Below, one piece after another: positions 48,664 to 58,417 of a stretch of 64,000 bases of DNA. Origin of the DNA: a virus. The notes under the pieces were generated by a model. That model was not told the origin of the DNA and did no database searches. It saw only the letters and a list, made by a program, of their open reading frames with translations. A program made the translations under genes and the position numbers. Numbering within the stretch: the stretch's first letter is position 1; every line of letters starts with the position of its first letter. The stretch is from IMG/VR virus record IMGVR_UViG_3300048592_000229, positions 4,385 through 68,384 of that record; one strand, written 5' to 3'.

Positions 48664-48990
48664 ATGAACAAGGTCTACACCGTATTCGGCCAGTCCGGTC
48701 AGTACAGCGACTGGCGCATGTGGGCTGTCCGTGCGTTCGGCGCAAAGGACGATGCGGATACGTTCGCCGAACGACTCAACAGCATCGTGAAGCGGAATCT
48801 GGCGGCCATCGAGGAAGCCGACGAAGAAGCGGACTACCCGGCGATTGATGCCGCCGTTGCGAAGTACCACAAGGAACTGATCGAAGCTGGCGAGGAACTG
48901 GCCGGCGACCTTGACGAGTGGACGATGCGCGGGTGCAACGAGCCGTCTTACCACGTCGAGGAAATCGACTTCACGGAGGCCACCAAGTGA
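48664..48990 (+). CDS. hypothetical protein
   Basis: GGAGG RBS; VYTVFGQSGQYSD...YHVEEI. Confidence 0.65.
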   Translation: MNKVYTVFGQSGQYSDWRMWAVRAFGAKDDADTFAERLNSIVKRNLAAIEEADEEADYPAIDAAVAKYHKELIEAGEELAGDLDEWTMRGCNEPSYHVEEIDFTEATK

Positions 48991-49958
48991 CCGAACTTCC
49001 CGCATCATGGACGCCAGACCCGGCCGCTGGTGCTGGCGCAATCGAGCGCCCGCTGCACCAGTCCACCATCGACCGCGTGAACATCGGCTCGCGTTATTTC
49101 GCCGGTGAGAGGGCTGTTTGGAGCGGTACTGTAATTGGAACGGCCGGCCATCTCGCGCAGGCTGACCGCTACGCCGGCAAGCCGCTGCGCCCGGCGCGCG
49201 AATACTGGAACGAGGCCGTGGCCGCAGAGGAAGCGGATGGCCGCGCAATCCGGTTCTTCAAGGATGGCAGCAAGACACAGGCGGATGCCGTCGAGGCGGC
49301 AGAGTCGATGGGATGGACGCTGAACGAGTGGTGCCACGACAACGCCGCGCAGAAGCTGTCCGCGCGCATGGAGACGTGCGACAGGTTGCACCAACACATC
49401 TTGGGCGGTGTGGTGCTGGTTGAGAAGCAATTCATCGTGTGCGATCCGGTCACTGGAATCTGGTACGAAGGAACGGCAGATTTAGTGTCCGGCGGGCCTT
49501 CCGGAGTCTGCACGACCGTCTATGATTGGAAGTTTGGCGGGCGTTCACCGGCTGATCCGGCCGACACATACAAGCCGCCGGCATGGACGACAAGCCCGCA
49601 GCCACACGTCTACATGCTGGCGATGCTCCACGGCTGGTGGGCAGATGCGCCGAACCTGCCGGGCCTGCACCAGATAGACTGGAAGAACCGCGCCAGCGAG
49701 TTTCAGCGGTTCGGCGTGTGGCCAGTGCAGTTCATCTTCGCGCACATCCAGAGCATGAAGTGGGACGAACACGGGCGGCTGGAGCGCGGGCTGGTGCCGG
49801 TGGTGACGGCCGAGCCGTGGTCGTGGGCATACGTGCGCGAGTTGACGCGGCAGTGGCGCGAGGCGTACCCGGACGAGGCGCGCGGCAATCGGCGCACGAC
49901 TGTGCCGGCAAACTTTGATTGGGACACATGGGCGAACAACGGAGCGAACGATGAGTGA
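48987..49958 (+). CDS. PD-(D/E)xK (RecB/Cas4-like) exonuclease
   Basis: VEKQF, GTADLV, VYDWKFG, QPHVY; adjacent to ERF. Confidence 0.75.
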   Translation: MTELPASWTPDPAAGAGAIERPLHQSTIDRVNIGSRYFAGERAVWSGTVIGTAGHLAQADRYAGKPLRPAREYWNEAVAAEEADGRAIRFFKDGSKTQADAVEAAESMGWTLNEWCHDNAAQKLSARMETCDRLHQHILGGVVLVEKQFIVCDPVTGIWYEGTADLVSGGPSGVCTTVYDWKFGGRSPADPADTYKPPAWTTSPQPHVYMLAMLHGWWADAPNLPGLHQIDWKNRASEFQRFGVWPVQFIFAHIQSMKWDEHGRLERGLVPVVTAEPWSWAYVRELTRQWREAYPDEARGNRRTTVPANFDWDTWANNGANDE

Positions 49959-50580
49959 CAAGCCAGCAGTACACGCCGCAATCGCGGCCGTGATGGCCGA
50001 GATTCAGCCGGTGGCCAAGGGGCGACAGAACACGCAGCAGAACTACCGATTCCGTGGCATCGCGGACGTGTACGCGGCCTGCCAGCGTGTGATGGCGGCG
50101 AAAGGCCTGCACATCACGCCACACGCAATCGTCGGTCAGATTGACAGCGAGCGCAAAACATCGAAGGGCGGTGCGCTGTTCGTCGTTCGGCTGACGACGC
50201 AGTTCCGCATCTACCACGCCGATGGCTCGTTCGTCGAACTGATGACGGTCGGTGAGGGCATGGACAGCGGAGACAAGGCCGCAAACAAGGCGATGAGCGC
50301 GGCCATGAAGTACGCGCTGATCCAGGCGTTCTGCCTGCCCGAGGACCACCCGGACGAGCCGGAGAACGATTCGCACGAAGTCGCGCACCGCGGCGAATCG
50401 AAGGCCGCCGATCCGTTGGACGCGCTGCGCGATGCCTACAAGCGTTGCGCAGCCGAGCGCGGAAAGGAGAAGGCGCAGAGCATCATGGCCAGCCGCAAGG
50501 CACCGGCCGACATGGACGCAGACGAAATCGCGGCCACCGTGGCCAATCTGGAATACGCCATCAACCACCCGGAGAGCTGA
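49951..50580 (+). CDS. ERF-family single-strand annealing protein
   Basis: YRFRGIADV, GEGMDSGDKAANKAMSAAMKYAL. Confidence 0.85.
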   Translation: MSDKPAVHAAIAAVMAEIQPVAKGRQNTQQNYRFRGIADVYAACQRVMAAKGLHITPHAIVGQIDSERKTSKGGALFVVRLTTQFRIYHADGSFVELMTVGEGMDSGDKAANKAMSAAMKYALIQAFCLPEDHPDEPENDSHEVAHRGESKAADPLDALRDAYKRCAAERGKEKAQSIMASRKAPADMDADEIAATVANLEYAINHPES

Positions 50581-50582
50581 TC

Positions 50583-51020
50583 ATGGCAGGAAAGTACTAC
50601 GACACCAACAGCGTCATCCTCATCGGCCGAATCGGCAGCGACCCCGGCGAGTTGCGCCACGCAGGCGAGCATCCCGTGTGTGATCTGCGGCTGGCGGTCA
50701 GCGACGGCGACAAAACGTGCTGGGTTGACGTGACGTGCTGGCGGCAGACCGCGCAGTTTGTGGCCGACTACTGCCGCAAGGGGCACCGCGTGTGCGTCCG
50801 TGGCCGGCTCACGATGGACGAATGGAACGACAAGGAAAGCGGCCAGAAGCGCAGCAAGATCAAGGTCACTGCGGACGGCGTGCAGATGCTGACTGAGAAG
50901 GGCGAGGACGGTGGCCGTGACGAGCGGCCTGCACGCGAACCGGAACGCCGGCCGGTGCGTGACAATGGCGGCGGCAGTCCGCTCAAGGACTACGGGCTGG
51001 ACGACGACGCCCCTTTTTGA
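50583..51020 (+). CDS. ssb: single-stranded DNA-binding protein
   Basis: NSVILIGRIGSDP, KGHRVCVRGRL, C-terminal DDDAPF. Confidence 0.92.
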   Translation: MAGKYYDTNSVILIGRIGSDPGELRHAGEHPVCDLRLAVSDGDKTCWVDVTCWRQTAQFVADYCRKGHRVCVRGRLTMDEWNDKESGQKRSKIKVTADGVQMLTEKGEDGGRDERPAREPERRPVRDNGGGSPLKDYGLDDDAPF

Positions 51021-51024
51021 CCCC

Positions 51025-51256
51025 GGCGCAGACGCTGGACAGCTACGACCTGGACGATGAGGTTCCCGAGCCTCGTGGCGGAAAGCAGAATCGTTTGCGC
51101 CAATCAATGCCGTGGGAAGGCTGCAACGAACCAGACGATGGCCCCGACCCCGGAGGGTGGGGAAGCTAACTGGCAACTGATCGGCGCACGTCCCGCAGCC
51201 GACGCCCGACGCCCGCCTTGTGCGGGCTTAGGGCAGTGAAGGGCAAACCACACGGA
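51025..51256 (+). ncRNA. putative structured ncRNA(s)
   Basis: 245-bp intergenic gap with nested stems GGCGCAGACG/CGTTTGCGCC, GGCTGC/GCAGCC, GCCCGC/GCGGGC, CCGTG/CACGG. Confidence 0.4.
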
Positions 51257-51264
51257 GTAAGGGA

Positions 51265-51783
51265 ATGGCAAAGAAGCGCGACCACGCCGAGAAAATACCG
51301 GCACTCTGCCGCATCCATTCGATACCGGAGCCGGCCAGAGAGCACGAGTTTGTGCCCGGCCGCAAGTTCCGGTTCGACGCCGCATGGCCTGCGCATCGTG
51401 TGGCGGTGGAGATTCACGGCGGCGAGTGGATCGGCGGCGGGCACAGCCGGGGACATGTGTTCTCGGCCGACCAGGAGAAGATGCGACACGCCGCGCTATT
51501 GGGATGGCGCGTACTGCCGTTTACGGGAGAGGATTTGGCGAAGTATCAGGGCATGGTGGTGGCGTGCATCCGGGCCGCGCTGTCTGCCGAGAACCACCCG
51601 ATCACCAATGCGCTGAACAATACCGGCGACTTGACGGCGCGTGAGCGAGTAGGGCTGGCGCATGAGGCGTTTGCCGAAATGGCGCGCGCTTCGGCTGACC
51701 GGCGCGAGCGTCTGAACAAGGCGCGAAAGAAGCGAGCAAAGAAAAAGGCCGCGCAGTTTGCCGATGGCAAAAAGCTGGAGTAG
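51265..51783 (+). CDS. Vsr/DUF559-like PD-(D/E)xK endonuclease
   Basis: REHEF..GRKFRFDAAWP..VAVEIHGG...DQEK...GWRVL. Confidence 0.75.
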   Translation: MAKKRDHAEKIPALCRIHSIPEPAREHEFVPGRKFRFDAAWPAHRVAVEIHGGEWIGGGHSRGHVFSADQEKMRHAALLGWRVLPFTGEDLAKYQGMVVACIRAALSAENHPITNALNNTGDLTARERVGLAHEAFAEMARASADRRERLNKARKKRAKKKAAQFADGKKLE

Positions 51784-51786
51784 ACT
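51758..51786 (+). promoter_or_regulatory. sigma70-type promoter
   Basis: TTGCCG-17 bp-TAGACT. Confidence 0.6.
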
Positions 51787-51805
51787 TCCGTCACAATTCA
51801 ATCGG

Positions 51806-51894
51806 GCGCGTCGGGCTAGCGGCGCGTAAAGCTGTCGGACGTACAACGTCCGCGCTACCGCCGGTCGCGTACCTCTAGCCGGGTACGCGGCCGG
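51806..51894 (+). ncRNA. three-hairpin kissing-loop leader RNA (copy A)
   Basis: Loop GGCTAG (51814-19) complementary to loop CTAGCC (51875-80). Confidence 0.6.
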
Positions 51895-51914
51895 TCTGCG
51901 TTTGGAGGCGAAAG

Positions 51915-52202
51915 ATGGAAGGACCACGGGACAGGATCAGAACTGCGGCGCGCAACTACGATGGCGCGAAGCAGCGAGCGGAGGACGATCTGGATACGGC
52001 CGTAGACCGCGCGATGGACGATATCGAGCGCGACCTGGCGGCCGGTTCGGACAACTTCGATGAAGCGCGGCAGTCAATCGAATCGGCGATTGCCGCCGGC
52101 CGCGAACGGTGGCTGCGGCTCACGCTGCACGGCATGGGACTGGCCGAAGCAAACGCGCGGGCAATGGCGCGCTGGCTGATCGAGCGGGAGGCGTCACGAT
52201 GA
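51915..52202 (+). CDS. hypothetical protein
   Basis: GGAGG RBS. Confidence 0.6.
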   Translation: MEGPRDRIRTAARNYDGAKQRAEDDLDTAVDRAMDDIERDLAAGSDNFDEARQSIESAIAAGRERWLRLTLHGMGLAEANARAMARWLIEREASR

Positions 52203-53578
52203 GTTACGCCGACTTTTTGCAACGCAAGGTGCAACACGGGACCGCGCACGGCTTCGAGCCGCTGTGGATGCCGGACGCGCTGTTCCCGTTCCAGCGCACG
52301 CTATGCGAGTGGGCGATCCGCCGGGGGCGCGCGGCACTGCTGGAGGATTGCGGACTTGGTAAGACCTTGCAGCAGCTGGTCATTGCCGAGAACGTCGTCC
52401 GCCACACCAACCGGCCGGCGTTGATCCTTACGCCGCTGGCCGTGGCGCAACAGACCGTGCGCGAAGCCGAGAAGTTCGGCATCGAGGCGGTGCGGTGCGT
52501 GGACGGCAAGCCGAAGCCCGGCGCGCGGATCGTGGTCACGAACTACGAGAAGCTGCACCTGTTCGATACCGACGCATTCGACCTGATCGTGTGCGACGAA
52601 TCGGGCATCCTCAAAAACTTCGACGGCAAGCGCAAGGCACAGGTTACGGAGGCGCTGCGCACCCGGCCGTACCGGCTGGAATGCACCGCCACGGCCGCGC
52701 CGAATGACTACATCGAACTCGGCACGCACGCCGAGGCGCTGGGCGAGATGGGCTACATGGATATGCTCTCGGCGTTCTTCAAGAACGACCAGAACACCAG
52801 CAAGGTAAACCGCAATTGGGACGGTGCGCAGTGGCGGTTCAAGGGACACGCCGAAGAATCGTTCTGGCGCTGGGTCTGCTCATGGGCGCGTGCGTGCCGG
52901 CGGCCGTCCGACTTGGGCTTTGACGACGACGGGTTCATTCTGCCGGAACTGATCGAAAGCCAACACACGGTCGGCGGCCCGCGAATCCTGCCGGGCGAGT
53001 TGTTCGAGTCGGTAGCCGTGGGACTGCGCGAGCAGCGCGAGGAACGCCGCCGCACGATTGACGAGCGGTGCGCGAAGGTCGCGGAGTTGGTGGCGCACGA
53101 CCGCCCGGCGGTGGTGTGGTGTCACCTGAACCCCGAGGGCGATGCGCTGGAGAAGCTGATCACCGACGCCATCCAGGTGAGCGGCCGGGACAGCGACGAC
53201 GCGAAAGAGGCGAAGCTGGTCGCGTTCACCGAAGGCCAAGCGCGCGTGCTCATCACGAAGCCGAAGATTGGCGCGTGGGGGCTGAACTGGCAGCACTGCG
53301 CACACATGACGTTCTTCCCGTCGCACAGCTTCGAGCAGTACTACCAGGCCGTTCGCCGCTGCCTGCGGTTCGGCCAGACGCAGACCGTGCAGGTGGATGT
53401 GGTCACGTCGCACGGAGAAGCCGACGTGATGGCCAACCTGCAACGCAAGGCCGATCAGGCCGACCGCATGTTTACTGAACTGGTGCGGCTGATGAACGAC
53501 GAATTGCGCATCAAGCGCAGCAACCCATTCAACACCGAAAGCGAGGTTCCCGCATGGCTGTCCACGCCCAGCAACTGA
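52199..53578 (+). CDS. SNF2-like SF2 helicase
   Basis: DCGLGKT, TNYE, VCDES, TATAAPND, GLNWQ, QAVRRCLRFGQ. Confidence 0.88.
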   Translation: MSYADFLQRKVQHGTAHGFEPLWMPDALFPFQRTLCEWAIRRGRAALLEDCGLGKTLQQLVIAENVVRHTNRPALILTPLAVAQQTVREAEKFGIEAVRCVDGKPKPGARIVVTNYEKLHLFDTDAFDLIVCDESGILKNFDGKRKAQVTEALRTRPYRLECTATAAPNDYIELGTHAEALGEMGYMDMLSAFFKNDQNTSKVNRNWDGAQWRFKGHAEESFWRWVCSWARACRRPSDLGFDDDGFILPELIESQHTVGGPRILPGELFESVAVGLREQREERRRTIDERCAKVAELVAHDRPAVVWCHLNPEGDALEKLITDAIQVSGRDSDDAKEAKLVAFTEGQARVLITKPKIGAWGLNWQHCAHMTFFPSHSFEQYYQAVRRCLRFGQTQTVQVDVVTSHGEADVMANLQRKADQADRMFTELVRLMNDELRIKRSNPFNTESEVPAWLSTPSN

Positions 53579-54666
53579 CCGATCAGTACGCCATCTACAA
53601 TGGCGATTGCCTTGAAGTGATGCCAACGATGCCCGCAGGATCGCTCGGGCTGTCGGTGTACTCGCCGCCGTTCGGCGGTCTGTACCACTACACCAGCAGC
53701 GAACGCGACCTGTCGAACTGCCGCAGCTACGAGGAGTTCTTTGAACACTACGCATTCGTTGTGCGCGAACTGCACCGGCTGACCATGCCCGGTCGGATGA
53801 CGTGCGTGCATTGTATGGACGTGCCGAGCGGGAACAGTGGCAAGGATCATCTTCGCGACTTCCCCGGCGATATCATCCGCCTGCACGAAACCGAAGGGTG
53901 GGACTACATTGCGCGATACGCCGTGTGGAAAGAGCCACTCGGCGTTCGCAATCGGACTATGGCAAAGAATCTCGCGCACAAGACCATCGTCGAGGATTCG
54001 TCGCGGTGTTCGGTGGCGTCGGCCGACTACCTGCTGGTGTTCCGCAAGCGCGGGGAGAACCCGGTGGCCATCGCGCACCCCACCGGCCTGATGGGATACG
54101 CCGGTGCGCGCGAGATTCCGGCCGAACTGTTGAAGTACCGCGGCTGGACCGGCAAGCAGACCGAGAACCGCTACAGCCACTGGATCTGGCGACAGTACGC
54201 GAGCGCTTTCTGGGACGACGTGCGGATTGACCGCGTGCTGCCGTTCCGTGAGGCGCGCGACGACCAGGACGAGAAGCACGTGCACCCGCTGCAGCTCGAC
54301 GTGATCGAGCGGTGCGTGATCCTGTGGAGCAACCCCGGCGATGTGGTCGGCTCGCCGTTCGGCGGTGTCGGCAGCGAGCCATACGGCGCCGTGATCAACG
54401 GACGCAAGGCGTGGGCCGTGGAGTTGAAGCCGTCCTACTACCGACAGCTCGAGAAGAACATGGAGGCCGCCGCCGGCAACCAGCCGGTGGCCGACCAGCC
54501 CGGGCTGTTCGACACGCTGGCCGACGAGTCCGACGACGGCGTGTCCGGCACCTACGTGCAGACGCGCGAGAATCCGAACATCCCCGACCAGATACAGACC
54601 GGCCTGCCGGTCGCCACCCGCACCAAGCCCGCGCGCAAGCGCACGAAGAAGGACAACGCACAATGA
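53554..54666 (+). CDS. DNA N4-C/N6-A methyltransferase
   Basis: GDCLE, SPPF, HVHPLQ, SPFGGVGS, VELK. Confidence 0.88.
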   Translation: MAVHAQQLTDQYAIYNGDCLEVMPTMPAGSLGLSVYSPPFGGLYHYTSSERDLSNCRSYEEFFEHYAFVVRELHRLTMPGRMTCVHCMDVPSGNSGKDHLRDFPGDIIRLHETEGWDYIARYAVWKEPLGVRNRTMAKNLAHKTIVEDSSRCSVASADYLLVFRKRGENPVAIAHPTGLMGYAGAREIPAELLKYRGWTGKQTENRYSHWIWRQYASAFWDDVRIDRVLPFREARDDQDEKHVHPLQLDVIERCVILWSNPGDVVGSPFGGVGSEPYGAVINGRKAWAVELKPSYYRQLEKNMEAAAGNQPVADQPGLFDTLADESDDGVSGTYVQTRENPNIPDQIQTGLPVATRTKPARKRTKKDNAQ

Positions 54667-55817
54667 CTACCGCAACCACATCGGCCGCTATCGACTGCCC
54701 GCGTGCCGCCCTGCAATCCGCACTGGACCCGCTCGCCAAGCTTGCACCGCAGCGCGGGCCGCACCCGATCTGTGCAAACGTGCTGATCGAGTACACGCGC
54801 GCCGACGCGGCCGACCCCGGCGAGTGCTGGCTCACGGCAACCAACATGGAAACCACGCTCCGGCTCCGGCTCGCTGGAGTTGTCGGCCAGCCGGTGCGGC
54901 TGCTGGTTCCGGCCAAGCGATTGCACGAGGCCGTCCGGTCCCTGCCCGGCGACGACGTGACGCTGCGCGAGCATGACGGCAAGCTGATCGTGGCCGCGCG
55001 ACGCGACAAGGTAACCATCGGATGCTTCGACCCGGCCGACTTCCCGGTGATTGCTACCGACGATGATCCGCCGATTGCGTCGGCACAGTGTGCGGCTTTC
55101 GCGCGTGCGCTCGACACGGCCGCTGCGTGCATGGCCGAAGAGCGTACGCGTTACTCGCTGAATGGCGTATTCATCGACACGGCCGACTCGCTGCGATTTG
55201 TCGGAAGCGAGGGCAGCATGATTGTCTATCGCGTTGTGACCGACAAGGCAACGCCCCTGAATCAACACTCGATCATTCCCGGAAAGGCGGCGAAGCTGGC
55301 GGCACAGGTGCTCGCCACGCTGGACGGCGAGTGTGATCTGGTGGTGACTGAAAACCACGCGGCATTCGAGACGCCCGGCTGCGTGTTGCGTTGCCAGTTG
55401 CTCGCCGGTCTGTACCCGGCCTATCGTCAGGTGCTGCCGGACACGGAAAAGCACGATATCCGGGTGACGCTGGGCCGCAATGACCTGATGGCAGCACTTC
55501 GGCGGCTGGCCGTGGCGAAGGGCGAGACGGAGAAGGGTGTCGGCACGACCGAGTGCGCCCGCTGCCGCGTCACGCCGACCGCGCTGCACCTGACGATGCG
55601 CGGCGACGACGCCACGGCCGATAGCACCGTGGATTGTGAGTCCACGCTGGAATCCGGCATGGAAATGGAAATCGGCCTGGATCGCGGAAAGCTGGTGGCC
55701 GGGCTGACGGGCGCGCCGGATCGCGTGACGCTGATGATGCGCGACCACGAGAAAGCGCCGGTAGTGATCGAGGATGATGGCTTCCTGTACATGCTCATGC
55801 CGATGGAGTTGTCATGA
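54663..55817 (+). CDS. dnaN: DNA polymerase III beta sliding clamp
   Basis: ATNME, DFP, RYSLNGV, GLYPAY, YMLMPM. Confidence 0.85.
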   Translation: MTTATTSAAIDCPRAALQSALDPLAKLAPQRGPHPICANVLIEYTRADAADPGECWLTATNMETTLRLRLAGVVGQPVRLLVPAKRLHEAVRSLPGDDVTLREHDGKLIVAARRDKVTIGCFDPADFPVIATDDDPPIASAQCAAFARALDTAAACMAEERTRYSLNGVFIDTADSLRFVGSEGSMIVYRVVTDKATPLNQHSIIPGKAAKLAAQVLATLDGECDLVVTENHAAFETPGCVLRCQLLAGLYPAYRQVLPDTEKHDIRVTLGRNDLMAALRRLAVAKGETEKGVGTTECARCRVTPTALHLTMRGDDATADSTVDCESTLESGMEMEIGLDRGKLVAGLTGAPDRVTLMMRDHEKAPVVIEDDGFLYMLMPMELS

Positions 55818-56122
55818 TCATCCACACGCAAGCATCCACCGAAACACTCGCCACGTCCGCCGCCGAGTTTGCATCGGCAGCCGTGACCGCCGCCGCACTG
55901 GAATGCTCACGGGCGCGCACGGTGTCCGCCGCGAGGGCCGCATTCGCCGAATGGTGGGAGGCTGTGCGCCACGAATGGGCATGGCTGGGTCCGGACGTGC
56001 AGGTGATGCACGACGTTGCACGGGCCGCGTGGAATGGCGTCGTGCGTGGGCGCGAAAGCGCGATCCTGAGCAGGGGCGCAAAGCCACGATTCGCGCGGCA
56101 GACGCGCACGGAGGCGAAATGA
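55814..56122 (+). CDS. hypothetical protein
   Basis: Coupled ATGA junctions. Confidence 0.55.
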   Translation: MIIHTQASTETLATSAAEFASAAVTAAALECSRARTVSAARAAFAEWWEAVRHEWAWLGPDVQVMHDVARAAWNGVVRGRESAILSRGAKPRFARQTRTEAK

Positions 56123-56520
56123 GACGTGAACTGGACGTGAAGGTGGCCGAGGCGCTGGGCTGGGGAGTGTGGGAGTGGCAGGCTCCGCGAGGCGGCGATT
56201 CGCTGCTAATCACCCCGCCCGGCGACGATCCGAACAGGTATTTGCGTGACGAATACGACCCGCTTCCGTGGGTGCGAGTGCCATTCGATGCGTCCCGCAA
56301 GTGGGGCGACTGGTCGAACACCGGGAAGGGCGTCCCACACTATTCCACCGACACAGAAGCGTCGGTGGAACTGTGGGCCGAGCATCTTCCGGCAGGCTGG
56401 TCATTCAGCCACATCAACAGTTGGGTCGGAAGCGACAACAAGACGAAACTGCGAGCAAGCGGCCGGTCGCTACCCGAGGCCATCTGCAACGCGATTCTCG
56501 CTGTGAAGGAGGCGAAATGA
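56119..56520 (+). CDS. phage hypothetical protein (ABA-sandwich-like)
   Basis: ELDVKVAEALGW...PHYSTD...PEAIC. Confidence 0.65.
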   Translation: MRRELDVKVAEALGWGVWEWQAPRGGDSLLITPPGDDPNRYLRDEYDPLPWVRVPFDASRKWGDWSNTGKGVPHYSTDTEASVELWAEHLPAGWSFSHINSWVGSDNKTKLRASGRSLPEAICNAILAVKEAK

Positions 56521-56894
56521 GCGAGCGACGTTCCCCATTCCACTGCGGAAGCCAACACGCCGATTGGGAGTCGGCCAACTGCGGCAACTGCCGCAAGGGC
56601 TGCGCTGACGAATCAAACTTCATCGAGGCTTGTAGGTGCCCGATACAGTGGGCGGTCTCCGAGGCCGGCATGTTGGACGGCACAGTGTCGGCCGAAATAT
56701 ACGAGCGCATGGGCGCTTCCGACTTCGAGGGGCATCTGACGTGGCCGTGCCGGGAGATTGACCCGGTGAACGACGACGTGGCCGAATCCGTGCGGAAAAT
56801 GCGCGCACGCAAGCTGGCCGAGAACGCCGGTCGAAAGGGCGTGTCTGACGATGTGAAGTGGACGGACGTTGTGAATGAAAGCGATGCGAAATGA
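56517..56894 (+). CDS. Cys-rich hypothetical protein
   Basis: NCGNC, CPI, WPC. Confidence 0.6.
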   Translation: MSERRSPFHCGSQHADWESANCGNCRKGCADESNFIEACRCPIQWAVSEAGMLDGTVSAEIYERMGASDFEGHLTWPCREIDPVNDDVAESVRKMRARKLAENAGRKGVSDDVKWTDVVNESDAK

Positions 56895-57331
56895 GCCTGC
56901 CCAACGACTGGCCCACGATGAAGCAGGCCGCGCCAAACAACCTGCCGGCCGATCAACGCGCCGTGCGGCTGCTGGAGGAATCATCATCCGGGCTGATCCA
57001 CCACGACGGCAGCGGCGATCCAAAGCGCATCCTACAGCAAGACGAAGGCCCGCTGCGCCCGCACGCCGGGCCGCTACTCGCAGACGCCGCAATCGCGCGC
57101 GCAGCCGTGGGAATCGAGACCTACGGATCTGCGCTCACGCGAAACAACGGCCGCAACCAAGCCGTGGATGCCTTGCAGGAACTGGCGGATGCCGTGTGCT
57201 ACCTCGCCGCGTGGTGGGACGAACTACCAGAGGGCGAGGCGAAGCGGTGCGTCGAGCATGCGATCTGCCGGCTGCGGTACGCGGCACAGTTCATCGAGAC
57301 AGCCGAGAAGGAGCAAGCCAATGCCGATTGA
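56891..57331 (+). CDS. MazG-like/all-alpha nucleotide-metabolism protein
   Basis: GIETYGSAL..NNGRN...DALQELADAVCY. Confidence 0.5.
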   Translation: MSLPNDWPTMKQAAPNNLPADQRAVRLLEESSSGLIHHDGSGDPKRILQQDEGPLRPHAGPLLADAAIARAAVGIETYGSALTRNNGRNQAVDALQELADAVCYLAAWWDELPEGEAKRCVEHAICRLRYAAQFIETAEKEQANAD

Positions 57332-57620
57332 CTTGGACGCAATCGAGAAGGCCGCGCGGCTCGCGCTGGCCGTTGACGCCGAGAGCAAGGCTGCCGGCAA
57401 CAAGGGCATGCCGATGCAGATGCCGCCGGCCGACGTGCTAGAGTTGGTCGAGCAAGTGCGAGATCGTGACCACATCAAGGCACATCGTGACGCGCTGCTT
57501 GCTGCCTTTGAGAAATGGGAGCGCGGCCCGGTAGCGCCGTATGGTTCGTTGCCGCCATTTATCCAGGTCGCAAGCGACGAATTGAAGCGCGCCATCAAGG
57601 CAGCAAAGGAGGCGAAATGA
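57321..57620 (+). CDS. hypothetical protein (Ead/Ea22-like)
   Basis: IDLDAIEKAA...PADVLELVEQV; AAGGAG RBS. Confidence 0.55.
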   Translation: MPIDLDAIEKAARLALAVDAESKAAGNKGMPMQMPPADVLELVEQVRDRDHIKAHRDALLAAFEKWERGPVAPYGSLPPFIQVASDELKRAIKAAKEAK

Positions 57621-58069
57621 GCGAGTACCCAATACCGGCCGACCTCCACGTTGCGTACCACACGGCCGCGCGCCGCAAAGACTTGATGGGCGCGGCAACG
57701 TGCCTCCTGATTGAGCGCATCGCGCGGCTGGAGGCTGAGCGTGCCATGATTCATTGCATCCGCGAGGGGCTTGACTCTGGCTTGCAAGTCGCGGCAACAC
57801 ACGCCGACGACCTGCGCAATCGGCTGGAGCGTGCCGAGGCACAACTGGCCGCGAGCAACGAGGCCTACGAGCAGAGCCAGAAGGCCGCCACCGACATCAT
57901 GGCGATTGCCGAGCAGCGAGCGAAGCGGCTGGAGCGCGCCGAGGCGCTGCTGCGCGAGTGCGTGGACCCGTCATACCGCACGCCGGCTGCAAAGACCGTG
58001 GAGCATGTGTGCGAGTTTCTCGGGCTGGACAAGCCGGGCGAACTGGCAGAGAGGGAGGCGAAGCCGTGA
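57617..58069 (+). CDS. coiled-coil hypothetical protein
   Basis: Repeated RLERAEA; AAGGAGG RBS. Confidence 0.6.
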   Translation: MSEYPIPADLHVAYHTAARRKDLMGAATCLLIERIARLEAERAMIHCIREGLDSGLQVAATHADDLRNRLERAEAQLAASNEAYEQSQKAATDIMAIAEQRAKRLERAEALLRECVDPSYRTPAAKTVEHVCEFLGLDKPGELAEREAKP

Positions 58070-58222
58070 GCGAGCGCAAGAAACCCATGCGCTGGCGCTA
58101 CGTAAATGACGGACGTGGATACTACGAACTGCGCCGAGAAGGTGTGTTAATGGCAACCGTCTGGTACGTCTGGCCGCCGCCCGGCAAACTGTCGGGCGGC
58201 GGCCCCTTGTCGGAGAGAACAA

Positions 58223-58417
58223 ATGAGCATGATCAGAATTCCGAAGTGCGGAGACCTGTTCACCGTAGAAGAATGGAGTACGGAAGAGTATCAGCATATG
58301 TTCAGCCCAGATGATGGGGATGGTCACTGGGCGACCGCTACGCACACAGATTATAGTAGTGTCTTCAACACTCCGCGGCCCAAATGGGCAACTCACGTCG
58401 TCTGGTTCAACAAATGA
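58223..58417 (+). CDS. hypothetical protein in an AT-richer patch
   Basis: GGAG RBS; DDGDGHWA...WATHVVWFNK. Confidence 0.6.
   Translation: MSMIRIPKCGDLFTVEEWSTEEYQHMFSPDDGDGHWATATHTDYSSVFNTPRPKWATHVVWFNK

Noticed and set aside
48987-49958. Cas4 as part of a CRISPR system
   Set aside because: No Fe-S cysteine pattern or array; context next to ERF and SSB indicates a recombination exonuclease
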